Shown: piece after piece, positions 52,260 through 64,000 of the stretch
Layout of the letters: each line of letters begins with the position of its first letter
Numbering within the stretch: position 1 is the first letter of the stretch
Assembly (NCBI GenBank): GCA_963924565.1
Contig: OZ004611.1
Coordinates: 22,878,001-22,942,000 of the forward strand
Source: Ascidiella aspersa
Taxonomy: Eukaryota
DNA: 64,000 bases
Direction of reading: 5' to 3'
The notes under the pieces: model-generated
The model's database searches: none
Told to the model about the DNA's origin: nothing
Seen by the model: only the letters and a program-made list of their open reading frames with translations
Translations under genes and position numbers: made by a program

Positions 52260-55200
52260 TCGGCATTTAGAACATTTCACGATACTTAAAAAATTGGAGA
52301 AAGCAAATAATGTTTAAAGCGTTCCATACAGATTCATGCCGAGTTTGCATACAGTAGGCCAGAATTACATTGGCCGTAACAACAGTTTAATTATGCTCGT
52401 TCCCGTAGGCGTAAAAAACATCCGCAATGACCGAGCACAAATTCCTGCCACTAAACCGGTAAAGAGAACTTCCACCTAAGAATCAATGTTTATGACCACA
52501 TTGCATGCGAGCTGATACTAGCTGACAGGCTGTTTTGTGATTTGCGCGTTAAGCTTCAGTTGTCGAATGCAACAACTTAAACGATCCTAATCTCTGTATG
52601 TTGCCTAATTGCGTTCGCAACTATCCTATTCAACACAACACTTTTTAACAGAAAATCAGGGAGTAGAACCGAACCCAAACTTTAAAAACCGATTTTTTGA
52701 ACCCTAACTTTTATGGACCTTTTTTTAACAAGAATTTTTGAACCGATTCCTTTGGAAGTTTGTCAAACCTAATGCATAGGTTGCTTTCGATTCCAAGCAA
52801 GTGATTTCGTCATTGAGCTGGTTTGTCTTGATGTTTTACGCAACATGTAAAACAACCTTAATAACGGCAACCGCAAAAAACATTAAAAAGGAGAAGATAT
52901 CGCTTAATATTTGTCTGTTTAAATGCATTTGTTTTTGGTTCTCATGCATTTAGTTTAAAATCTCGGTCCACTTTGAGGAAAACAACTTTAAATAGGCTAA
53001 TTACCTAATTTTGTGTAGAGGCTATTCCAAGTTCGACAAATTAAAGAGAGAAAACGGTGTTTCAAGCGATCCATACAGATTAATTCCGAATTTGCATACA
53101 GTAGGCCAGAATAACATTGGGCGCAACAAGAGTTTAATTATGCTCATTCCCGTAGGCGTAATAAACATCCACCATGACAGAGCACAAATTCCTGCCACGA
53201 AACAACTAAAGGGAACTTCCACCTAAGAATCAGTTTAAGTTTATCGACCACATTGCATGCGAGCTGATACTTGTTGACAGGTTATTTGTGATTTGCGCGT
53301 TAAGCTTCAGTTGTCGAATACAACAACTTCGTTCGCAACTATCCTATTCAACACGACACTTTTTAACAGAAAATCACGGAGTAGAACCGAACCAGAACTT
53401 TGTAAACCGATATTTTGAACCCGAACTTCTATGGACCGTTTTTTTCCCAAGACTTTGTGAACCGATTCCTTTGGAAGTTTGTCAAACTCCATGCATAGGT
53501 TGCTTTCGATTCCAAGCAAGTGATTTCGTCATTGAACTGGTTTGTCTTGATGTTTTACGCAACATGTAAAACAACCTTAATAACGGCAACCGCAAAAAAC
53601 ATTAAAAAGGAGAAGATATCGCTTAATATTTGTCTGTTTAAAAGCATTTGTTTTTGGTTCTCATGGATTTAGTTTAAAATCTCGGTCCACTTTGAGGAAA
53701 ACAACTTTAAATAGGCTAATTACCTAATTTTGTGTAGAGGCTATTCCAAGTTCGACAAATTTGGAGAAAGCAAATAATGTTTCAAGCGTTGTATACAGAT
53801 TAATGCCGAATTTGCATACAGTAGGCCAGAATAACATTGGGCGCAACAAGAGTTTAATTATGCTCGTTCCCGTAGGCGTAATAAACATCCGCCATGACAG
53901 AGCACAAATTCCTGCCACGAAATAACTAAAGGGAACTTCAACCTAAGAAGAATCAGCTTAAGTTTATCGACCACATTGCATGCGAGCTGATACTTGCTGA
54001 CAGGTTATTTGTGATTTGCGCGTTAAGCTTCAGTTGTCGAATACAACAACTTAAACGATCCTAATCTCTGTATGTAGCCTAATTGCGTTCGCAACTATCC
54101 TATTCAAGACAACACTTTTTAACAGAAAATCAGGGAGTAGAACCAAACCCGAACTTTATAAACCGATATTTTGAACCCGAACTTCTATGGACCGTTTTTT
54201 TTCCAAGACTTTGTGAACCGATTCCTTTGGAAGTTTGTCAAACCTAATGCATAGGTTGCTTTCGATTTCAAGCAAGTGATTTCGTCATTGAGCTGGTTTG
54301 TCTTGATGTTTTACGCAACATGTAAAACAACCTTAATAACGGCAACCGCAAAAAACATTAAAAAGGAGAAGATATCGCTTAATATTTGTCTGTTTAAAAG
54401 CATTTGTTTTTGGTTCTCATGCATTTAGTTTAGAATCTCGGTCCACTTTGTGGAAAACAACTTTAAATAGGCTAATTCCCTAATTTTGTGCAGAGGCTAT
54501 TCCAAGTTCGAAAGAACAAAATTGCTTGTCAAAGTATTAGGAGACTACAAAATATACCACGTTCGGAGAAATTAAGCTTTAATTCATTCAACAAAAGAAT
54601 TTTGCAGTGAGGTCCACCTAGTTTCGGTTTTGCCAAAACACTAAGTAACTGCATTTAAACATTTGACCGTTTAAGGCGCTTTCCTGGTATTCTTAAATTT
54701 ACATTAATTTATTTACATTTTATAGTGCATGAATTTAATTAGTAGATAAAATTAGGAAAATATTCACAACAAACTAATCTGTTTCTCATTCCCATATGGA
54801 CATCCATTGGTAACGCCTATTTTTCATAATAAAAAAGTGATGTCAAACAAACACTATAAGAATTGGGGAACGCAGCTGCTGTTTTAGGTCAGTAACTTAC
54901 TCATTAAATCGCTGCTGCAACTACCGCTATACGTCGCTGCCGAGTTTTTCCAATATTAAGCCTACTCGAAAACAAGTATAGAGTTGACTGTCATAGTTTT
55001 CCAACCTGAGAAGAAATGAAACAGACAACGTGAAGCAATGTGAAATTTGATAAACGAACTTAGGCCTACCCAGTTATGCACGAACAGCTGGACGAACAAT
55101 AATTAATTATCCAAGTAACGTTTTAAAGAAATATGGGTCGAAAATTGTTTCGAAGCAAATAAATAAAACAAAAAATCGAACCTGTTCAGCAAAGACAACC

Positions 55201-55730
55201 GATGTGAAAAGGTAAAAAAATGTTATGCTAAAGATTTACTCGCAAAGTTGTGCCAAAAGATTTTCTCCAATCTACACAATTTGTTTAGCAAGCCATAGTT
55301 AACTTTCAGTGTATTCCTTGGGTCTCGGCATGTGGAAAAATTCACGATAATTAAAAATTTGGAGAAAGCAAATAATGTTTCAAGCGTTGCATACAGATTA
55401 ATGCCGAATTTGCATACAGTAGGTCAGAATTACATTGGGCGCAACAAGAGTTTAATTATGCTCATTCCCGTAGGCGTAAGAAACATCCGCCATGACAGAG
55501 CACAAATTCCTGCCACGAAATAACTAAAGGGAACTTCAACCTAAGAAGAATCAGCTTAAGTTTATCGACCACATTGCATGCGAGCTGATAGTTGCTGACA
55601 GGTTATTTGTGATTTGCGCGTTAAAGTTCAGTTGTCGAATACCACAACTTAAACGATCCTAATCTCTGTATGTAGCCTAATTGCGTTCGCAATTATCCGC
55701 TTCAACACAACACATTTTGAACAGAAAATC
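52260..55730. repeat. Tandem array of a ~0.72-0.76 kb unit (three copies 52260-54510 plus a partial copy ~55320-55730) within a ~4 kb segmental duplication
   Basis: TTTGCATACAGTAGG(C/T)CAGAAT and GAGCACAAATTCCTGCCAC occur four times. 50575-50890 matches 54648-54950, and ~52050-52260 matches ~55100-55330. Confidence 0.9.
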
Positions 55731-57033
55731 GACTAAAACAATCGTTCGGTGGAAGCAGCAACGTTGTAAACAAATTATTTTAAACATAACGTAAGTCCAA
55801 GTGAAGTTACTTGCAAAGAATAACAAGTCAAGGCCCAGTCCAAGTCATCAGTTCAAGTCAACTCATTGACATAAAAATAAAACGTTAAATTAATAAAATT
55901 GGTAAAATAATCAGATTATTATGAACCAGAACTAAACTACAAAATCACAATCGCAAAATATGCCTTGAGAGTATTGATGTTGATTTCTTGAGAAATCGAT
56001 TTATTACGCCTTCATGTGAACTCGTCTGGCGTAGATCTTTCAGACTGAAAGGTGCCATTAATGTAACATTCCACTTAACTAGGCTACATGCGTGCTTTAC
56101 GTACCGGCAAGTCGCACGCCTATACTGCGCAGTATGGTCATTGGTCAGGTGTTTAGCCAGACAAGTTGATTCAAGAAAAATCCCAAACGCAACTTTCAAA
56201 CGATTTTAGTGTTTGAAAGCTGATTCTTCTTGTACTGTAACTTGAGTAGCAGTTATAAGTATGTGCTAACCAAACTGAAACAACCACAGACGTTTTAATT
56301 CAAGGTTAAAAATCTTTATATTTTGTCTTCTGCGAGTTTATAGTAAAATTCAGTGCCTGTTAATACTAACACACAAATACTACACATATCTAATGGTTTA
56401 TCATTGCTTGAAAAATAGTTCCAAACCTTTTGTTTTCTTTTATTGGGGACTAAAGACATCAGCTAACCGTACTTAGTTATTAAAAATAAGTTCAATCTAG
56501 TTGGAAGTCATTAATGGTATCAACGGAAACTTACCTGTATTTATTCCATTTAGTTTCAGATCATTTGTTAAATCTCTTTCCCTATTAGTTCTAGTTAAAG
56601 ACTAATAATAACAAATAGGGATTCAAAAAAGACATACCTAATGGCAATGTTAAAGAGAGCAAGCAACTTAGAGCAAAACAGTCGAACAGCATACGCTTGC
56701 AAGTTTCCTTCATTTTGGCGTTTATAGTTGTACAATGAACTAGTTTGAATTAAAATGTTCAAAAAAACTTTGCCTAACCAATAAGCCATTGTTTTAAGTC
56801 GCCTGTGACGTAACATAAGCCGTATTAAACGTATCAACAAAAGCAAACTGTTATAATTATGTTTTAAAACATATAGGCAGAGTTAACATATTTTTAAAGC
56901 TTAAATTCGGGACGCGTTTAAAATGGCCATTTATTTAATGCAAAACTAAAACCTAATTTTAATTATAGGCTGAAAAAATAGAATATTCGCTTAATAAATT
57001 ATTGCGACACGAACTGAGAACCATACCCTGGCC

Positions 57034-58105
57034 CAGGGGCGCCCGCAGAAAATTTTCCAGGGGTGGGGAATCAGGGGAAAATCAAAAAGGGGGTCCTGAA
57101 TTTTCAACTTAGGGAATTCCCCCTTTTTCGTCTGACTTAATGAATAACGACGTCATAAAATAGTGACAGTATGACGTCATAGAATGGTGATTGCAAGACG
57201 TGATAAAAAAACTAATCAGAAACAGCCAAATGCGTCCAGCAAAGCGACCACGTGCGTCGTCAACAATCCTGTTAGGCGCCAGCTGCGAAACACGGTAACT
57301 TCAGGCAAAAAAAACAAACCAAGACCGTGAAATATCTGTGATTAATTGTGGTAGAATCACACATAATTCGACTAGCAGCAGCGCATTTTTTTCCATGAAC
57401 GGAACGAGCGCTAAAAAATTGTATTTCATCACCTGCAATACTAAACGAAGATCGTTTTTTCCTGGTGTTATTATGCCACGATTAGCGCAACAATTGCGCC
57501 GAGCTGTGTGCCAAGTCAGCTAAATTACAAGCCGCGGTTGAGGGAAAATAAGTTGTGTCCATTGTACACTTAGCACGTGGTCTAAGAGTATGCTTAAAGA
57601 GCATAATTTTGCGTTAACCATCATTACTTAAAAATGGAGACTTTGAAACGCGCACGACAGTCACCATTATACCTCCTTTTAAGAATCTACTTCAGTTAAA
57701 CAAATGAGACGGTGTTACACTAACATCGGATATTAGCGCAGAGACCGAACAGCAATTAGTTTTTTAGCGAGAAAAAGTAGAGAAGGTTTGACTTAGCGTT
57801 GTCAATTGTAGAATACACACTTGCTAATCAGTCAACCTAAACAAATAACGAAAGAGAAAAACTTCCAGCGTTTACGGTCGGCCAAACAAAAAACGAAAAA
57901 CGGCGTTCTGCACTCGATTTTGGTTTCGCATTAGATTAAGACGCGTGACCCAATTACTTTAAAAGCACGCCGCTTCAAACAGTTTGTTAAACCATGACAA
58001 AAACGAACAATAAACGGTAATATCACTTACAAAAAGAGGGTAAGAACTCCCGCCCCCTGGATACGCCACTGGTGCATCCCCTTGCACCCCGTGCGGGCGC
58101 CCTTG
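57034..58105. mobile_element. Non-autonomous hAT-type element
   Basis: TIRs CAGGGGCGCCCGCA / TGCGGGCGCCCTTG; perfect TSD CCCTGGCC. Confidence 0.85.
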
Positions 58106-60392
58106 CCCTGGCCCATATTAAAATACCACGGAAATCGTAATAAAATCAGTAGAAAATTTATATGTAAAACTTATATACTGATTTGACTTAACCCATCCTA
58201 AATTATCAAATTTGGGGCAATCACTATCAACTTGCAGAAATTGCATTTAAAATAGGTTGCTAAAAGCAATGTTAATTTAATTAGGGAAGTTGTCCTTTTT
58301 TCACATTTTTGTCCTTGATTGTACGATTGTATTAATCTTGTATTGAATTCAATGGTTGAGTGCTTCAGTTCGTTTTTATTGTAGTTGGATTTGGCTTTGG
58401 CCGGTCAGTGAGCAGTCAAAATATTCCGAACAGCCGTGGTGCACTATATGGTTACAGCTTCTTTTTTTGGGAGGGGGGGGGGAGGAAGGGTTTGGGGGGG
58501 CATGTATTCTTTTCATAGATGGTGTCAAAAAGTTACATCTAAACGTGACGTCATCAAAAGTAATCCTATGAACACATCACAGTTCGTTTATTTGGTTAAA
58601 GTTTTTTAGATTGAACAGGTGGTCCTTTAATACAAAAGCTGTGTAATCGATTTCGCGCCAAACGTAAAAAGGCCTTTATATCGTTTAACTTGTACACACT
58701 TTTATTTTCGATGTTACAATAGGACGTACGACGTCCTACAGCTTCTGTGTTGCATATTGTCATTGTGCTTTTTGCGCCTTGTTCGAATCTAAACCGTGTA
58801 TATAATATTGATGTTATTGTATTGTAACACCATAAAACAAGATAATAAACGCACTGTATGCTTACGGCTTCTTGATTCTGTGCCGCCATCGGGCGGTGAG
58901 GTCAATAAACTTCACAACTTATCTGACCAAAAAAATCAAATTGATGAATGCCATTGTATCGAGTAATACGCGAATTATGATCGTTAGCTCATGGCGCCGC
59001 GGATCCTGCGTAATTAAACAATTTTTATTCTCGAATGAATTTGTAACTGTTTTTTCAGCGGCCTATATTTGTGCATATGAACAGTGTCTCAAGATTACTG
59101 TTTCAAGTTAGGAAGTAACAATCTGACGTTATATCTGAACACAATCTTCTAGTGTAAATATTAAAAACTATTTTTATATAGTTTAAATGTGATGATCGCC
59201 TCTTAAGATCTTTCAAAGTTAACGTCACATAAAAAAGTTCGAAATGTCAAGGAAATCCTAAAGTTATTGCCTATGTCCAAAATGCCTGCTCTCGTGTGCA
59301 TTTTCGTCTTAATTCTTTTAATTACACCGACAAGTCATCTTTAAAAAAAAGGACAGTACAAAGTCTCACACTTGGCAAGGTCTCGCGGCAAATCAGTGTA
59401 AACCGCTGCACACCGGTTGCTGAGTACTGATTTACAGTATTGACACGAGCACAATCCTCTGTTAAATATTTTATGCTGGTAAAAATTTCACATGTAACGT
59501 TTTAAATAAATTTGTCACGTTTTTTAATAAAATAAACTTTGGCGCGCTTATCTCTACGGTTAGTAAAGTAAACCAATCATGCAAAAAATCACCTTTTTAA
59601 ACTTCACACTATACTACGTTTCAAACCAAACTAAATTATTCGTATGCTGGCTGCTACCATAAAAAACATAAAATCGTTAATTTTAGTAAACAGTCTCAAA
59701 TTAGGTCAAATCCGCTTGGCAAAGCACTGTCTACAATCTAATTAGAATCCTACAAAAGTGATAAATTGATAACCTAAGACAAGGATATAACCGATGTATG
59801 TTTAAGTAAAAACGCTCGCCACCGGTCCTAAAGGTTTTACGTCACAAATAGGTTCAAGGGTATAAAGTGTTATAATTTGCCGATACTTGTTTGTCAGTCT
59901 GCGCCAAAAAGTATAGGCCTTTTCGCGTTACGCACTCAATAACTTTTATTTAAGATTCCAAAGGGGTTAGGCATGGAGAAAACAATAGGAAAGTAGACAT
60001 GCCACACAAACACATTTTTCCGAAACATATGTCTGCGGAATATTGAAAGACGTCCGTGTAAACTCGAATTAAAATCTAAGCTATAAGAATGGAACTAAGT
60101 GGTAAGAAGCGTCTTGTTAAGCATGTACACGATTACAGCAAGTTGCTGGTAAACAGTTATGGGTGACCTATAAGATGTACAATACGGTAAGAATTAAGGC
60201 TGAGAATAAATGATACGTGCATGAAAACGCTTTAATATAAGCATGAATAGCTGATACAGTTAAAATTAATAAATGTACTTTTGAACATTATGAAAGCGTC
60301 TAAAAACTAACAGTACACTACAGACTCCGTAACAATATAAGATTCACATGTGTTAAACAAATACGAAATAGTCATTAGACCACGTTGTAGGT

Positions 60393-60711
60393 CAGGGATC
60401 CCCAAACTTTTTTGGCTCGCGGCACAGTAAAAAAAACTTAACTATTTCGCGACTTCCTTTAACAGAACAACAATAGATTGATTTTACAATCGTCCTAAAC
60501 ATACGACAAACTATATGTAAATGTCTCAAAATTATTAATTTGTAATTAATTTGTAATTAATAATGCATATTTAAATCTAAAATGATTGCTTGTATGCCTA
60601 TTGGTAACACAACTACTTTCTTTTCCAAAATTACAAAAAAAGTTTCGCAGCACATTAGATAAACTCTCGAGGCACACTAATGTGCCACAGCACACAGTTT
60701 GGGAATCACTG
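60393..60711. mobile_element. hAT-type MITE
   Basis: Ends CAGGGATCCCCAAAC / GTTTGGGAATCACTG; TSD TTGTAGGT / CTGTAGGC (6 of 8 match). Confidence 0.65.
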
Positions 60712-63539
60712 CTGTAGGCTGTGCAAATGACAATTGTAGATATAAAAACATTGATTTTAACAAAGATAAGTCATGGTAGGATCAAATAAAATTGGACGCA
60801 AATTGAAAGAACTCAGTCGAATTTAAACAAAATTCTGTGTAAGACCAAAAATTTACCATGTTGTACCTCTGTAAAAAATTAAATACTAGTGTTTCTTTAT
60901 AGCATGTTTCGGAATTGTATTTTTGACGTTTGTGCGTACATTTACAATCCACATGATATAAGGCTATTGTACTGTATTGTAAGTAACATATTAAAACAAG
61001 ACAATCAACGCACTAACTTTTTTGATTTCATTTTTCGAAAGCGATTAGACATGTATAGAAACAAAGGAAAGAAGATCTGAAAAGCCCATTAGGAACTGCA
61101 CGCAAAAATTCCGGTGTCGATTCGCATAAACAAACCAAACATGCTGTTCGGAAAAAATGAAAAGCATTATATTTTGGGCTAACATTTTACGACAATGCTC
61201 ATTAACCAGATTTAAACGAGATGTGAACTTATTAAAAAAAACAGTTTTTTAAAACAACTGTTATAAAGCTTTTTTAGTTAAAAATTGTACTATGTGAGAC
61301 TTCCAATGTATTTTTTACTTCTATGTTTTACTATAAATGTTAACCGTTAAAATGACAACATAGATAACAAACCATGGCGAAAATTCACATACTAATTTGG
61401 TATCGCACAGGTACCGATACTATCACTTGTCTTTGCGTGTTGACTCAGCTCGATATTATCGGACATCCCTATATTGTTGTATGAGTTTTTACAGCAACTA
61501 ACAAAGAATAATTTTCGGGACTGGGTACGGGTACAGTTTTCCAGTGGTGTGCAATTGTACAACTATATAAACTTATCGCGCAAATTAATATGTGTTAATT
61601 TGGTTTCATTTGTGAAAAATATTACCTTATTAGAATAAATTATCACTATCTAGGCTCCATAGCTAAATAACTACAACCAAATCAGCGCAAGACAGAATGC
61701 ATTGTTTTGCCTTGTTTAAAAAGTTAGGTACGTCAGTAGTGCAAAATACCTTACAGATTTACGTAAACAGCAAAAACTTGTACAAACTAGATAAGTTGAA
61801 AGTAATGTCGTTATGTAAAGAGTTTTACAGTGCAAGGCTATGGACACATAGAAAAGTTGAAGATATTTTCTTTGGGCTGAACAAATTTCCTTGAATTGAC
61901 TAAAACATGATACAAATGTTCGCGCGGCTGTTTATGTATTTAGGTATAGTTAAAGTACGCAAAAAATCTAGTGTATGAGGCACGCCCTTCCAGGATCCTC
62001 GCATGGCGGCAAACAATTGCTTAACTATATGGAGGATCCAATCAAGTGTAGTAGATGAACTTGAGAAACTGCTTTTATAACTAAAACAAGTCTAGGAAGA
62101 GTATACAGTAAGTGTTAACTTACACAAACAGTTAAACCAATTAATAAGTGTAGCCTACTTTTGAACATTATGCAAATGTCAAAACTATCACACAACAAAA
62201 TCCCTAACCGAGATGCAGATGTGTTGAACAAATGCGTGCAGAAACAACCAGAAATTTTCTGTAGATTTATAGGGATGTTTATTTAAAAGGGTCGCGAGAA
62301 ATTTTAAGGATAACGCGAGAAATTTTAAGGATGGTTTTAGCTCCGATATCAATCAATTCAAGGCTTTCTGTAAGAACCAGGCAAGACAAGATAACACTAG
62401 GATGTTTTTCGTGGATGCTGCAACATATCGGGAATACCGCACTACAAGAAATGCATTTTACCATTTTTTTAATTCCCTCGATTTTAAAATTTTCCACAAT
62501 GTTGTTCTATAGCTATATGCACTCCTGTTTAATGATTTTATTTTGAAATAGTCAGGCTCTACCAATTACAATTTTTGTAGCTATAAAAATATGGTTTTTA
62601 ACCAGGGAGTCGAACCGTTTGACTTTTCCGGTTCATGTTCGGTTGGGGTTCAAGGATTTTTTCGGAATACGGTTCAGTTCCGGTTTCGATTCGGAGCAAT
62701 TTAAAAGTTCCGGTTCAGCTTCGGTTCGACCATCGTTATTTCAAAACCGGTTCATTAAGTTCCGGTTCGGATATAATATAAGTTGCGTTAATCTAAAAAT
62801 GTGTTTCAACAAATGTAGAGAATAATCTTTGAATAGTAAGTCATCCAATTAAACGTGACGTATTAAAAAAACAGCAACTCATTATTGAAATAAACCAAAA
62901 TACGTTATGGTAGGATCAATAAGTAAAATTATATTCAAATTCAAGTACCTCAGTCGAATTGAAACAAAATTCTATGTAAGACTAAAAGTTGACCATGTTG
63001 TACGCTGGAACAAAATAAAAAACAGGTGTTTATTTTCTTTTTGTACTGGAATTGTAATTTTTTAAGTTGGCGCGAACTTATACATTGTAAGTAATAAGTT
63101 AAATTAATAAGGCTATTGTATTGTAATTAACATCTTAAAAACAGATAATAAACACACCGACTTTTTTATTGCATTTTTAAAAGCGGTTACACAAGTAGAA
63201 ACAAAGAAAGACGCATATGACGCACAAACGTAGTTTGAGACACGCACGTATGCGGTTTCTAGTAAGAAGTCAATGCAAATTTAAATTTCATTAAGTTTAA
63301 GGAATGGAATTAAATGGGTAAGAAGCGTTTTGTTAAGCATGTACAAAATTTAGCAGGTGCGGTTTTGGCTCCTAATGAAATAAACACAGAGGATCTCCCG
63401 CCAAGGCGCGGCCCTCTAAGAAATAAAAGCTTTGCTCTATACGATTTAGATGCGTGAGAAATGGTGGGGTTTTTTAGATGCGTGAGAATAAAATTTGGAT
63501 GGAAGCATGAACAACTATAAGTAAAGCAATTTATGATGA

Positions 63540-63748
63540 CTAGTAATGACCACGGTTATTGTAGTAGTTATAGTACGGGTAACCGTAGTAGCTTCTGTAG
63601 TATCTTCGAAACGGATTTCGGTATCTGCCATAGCGCCCATAGCGCCCATAGCCATATCGTCCTCGGTTATAACCTCCATAGCCATAGCCATAGCCATAGC
63701 CGTAGCTTCTTTTCACTATTGCATGATCCGCATTGTTTTCGATAGACG
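63540..63748 (-). CDS. Terminal exon of a Tyr/Gly/Arg-rich peptide precursor; signal exon presumed beyond the right edge
   Basis: Acceptor TTTTCGTTCCAG (phase 1), then SIENNADHAIVKR-SYGYGYGYGYGGYNRGRYGYGRYGRYGRYRNPFRRYYRSYYGYPYYNYYNNRGHY*. Confidence 0.75.
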
Positions 63749-64000
63749 CTGGAACGAAAAGAAAATATTTAACCTCTGCATTAAAGGAAATCCCACCGTT
63801 GTTTAAAGCGAATATCAACTGACCACAAAATAGCACACAAATATAAGTGTTGGGTTTAACACCACTTTGAAAAAGGGTCGTTTAAAATGCTCGTTTCGAT
63901 TATTGCAAATTTAGTTGCGTAATTGAGTCAGTAATTTATTGGACTGTTTTTTCTGCAAAAAATGGCGAAGCAAATCAGCAATTTAAAGTAATAGCTAAAT

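Noticed and set aside
52260-55730. CRISPR-like array
   Set aside because: Eukaryotic context, with long units and no short repeat/unique spacer structure.
63515-63806. MAMAMA.. and plus-strand ORFs over the Tyr/Gly exon
   Set aside because: Alternative frames of the same repeat, with no supporting splice or processing signals.

Overview
AT-rich, intron-containing animal genomic DNA. A tunicate or other marine invertebrate is suspected, but that is inference only. Every host gene I could reconstruct is on the minus strand. Left end: the first three exons of a PDIA5-like disulfide isomerase and a complete 8-exon LPGAT1-like acyltransferase with one GC-AG intron. The main feature (16.4-44.0 kb) is a tandem family of four intact genes and one pseudogene encoding secreted 'split-TIL' proteins. 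In each, a trypsin-inhibitor-like Cys-rich domain has lost its C3-C5 disulfide pair, and the reactive-loop region is replaced by a furin-type site (RxK/RR) plus a hypervariable Tyr/Arg/Pro/Gly/His-rich insert. At the right end is the last exon of a KR-processed 55-aa Tyr/Gly/Arg peptide with mussel-foot-protein-3-like composition. Together these suggest an uncharacterised cluster of secreted, processed, Tyr-rich adhesive/matrix or defence proteins. The remainder holds a degenerate DD35D pogo element with a PHD finger, many hAT-type MITEs with 8-bp TSDs, a MADF relic, a tRNA-like cassette with an 18-bp duplication, and a ~0.72-0.76 kb tandem repeat array.
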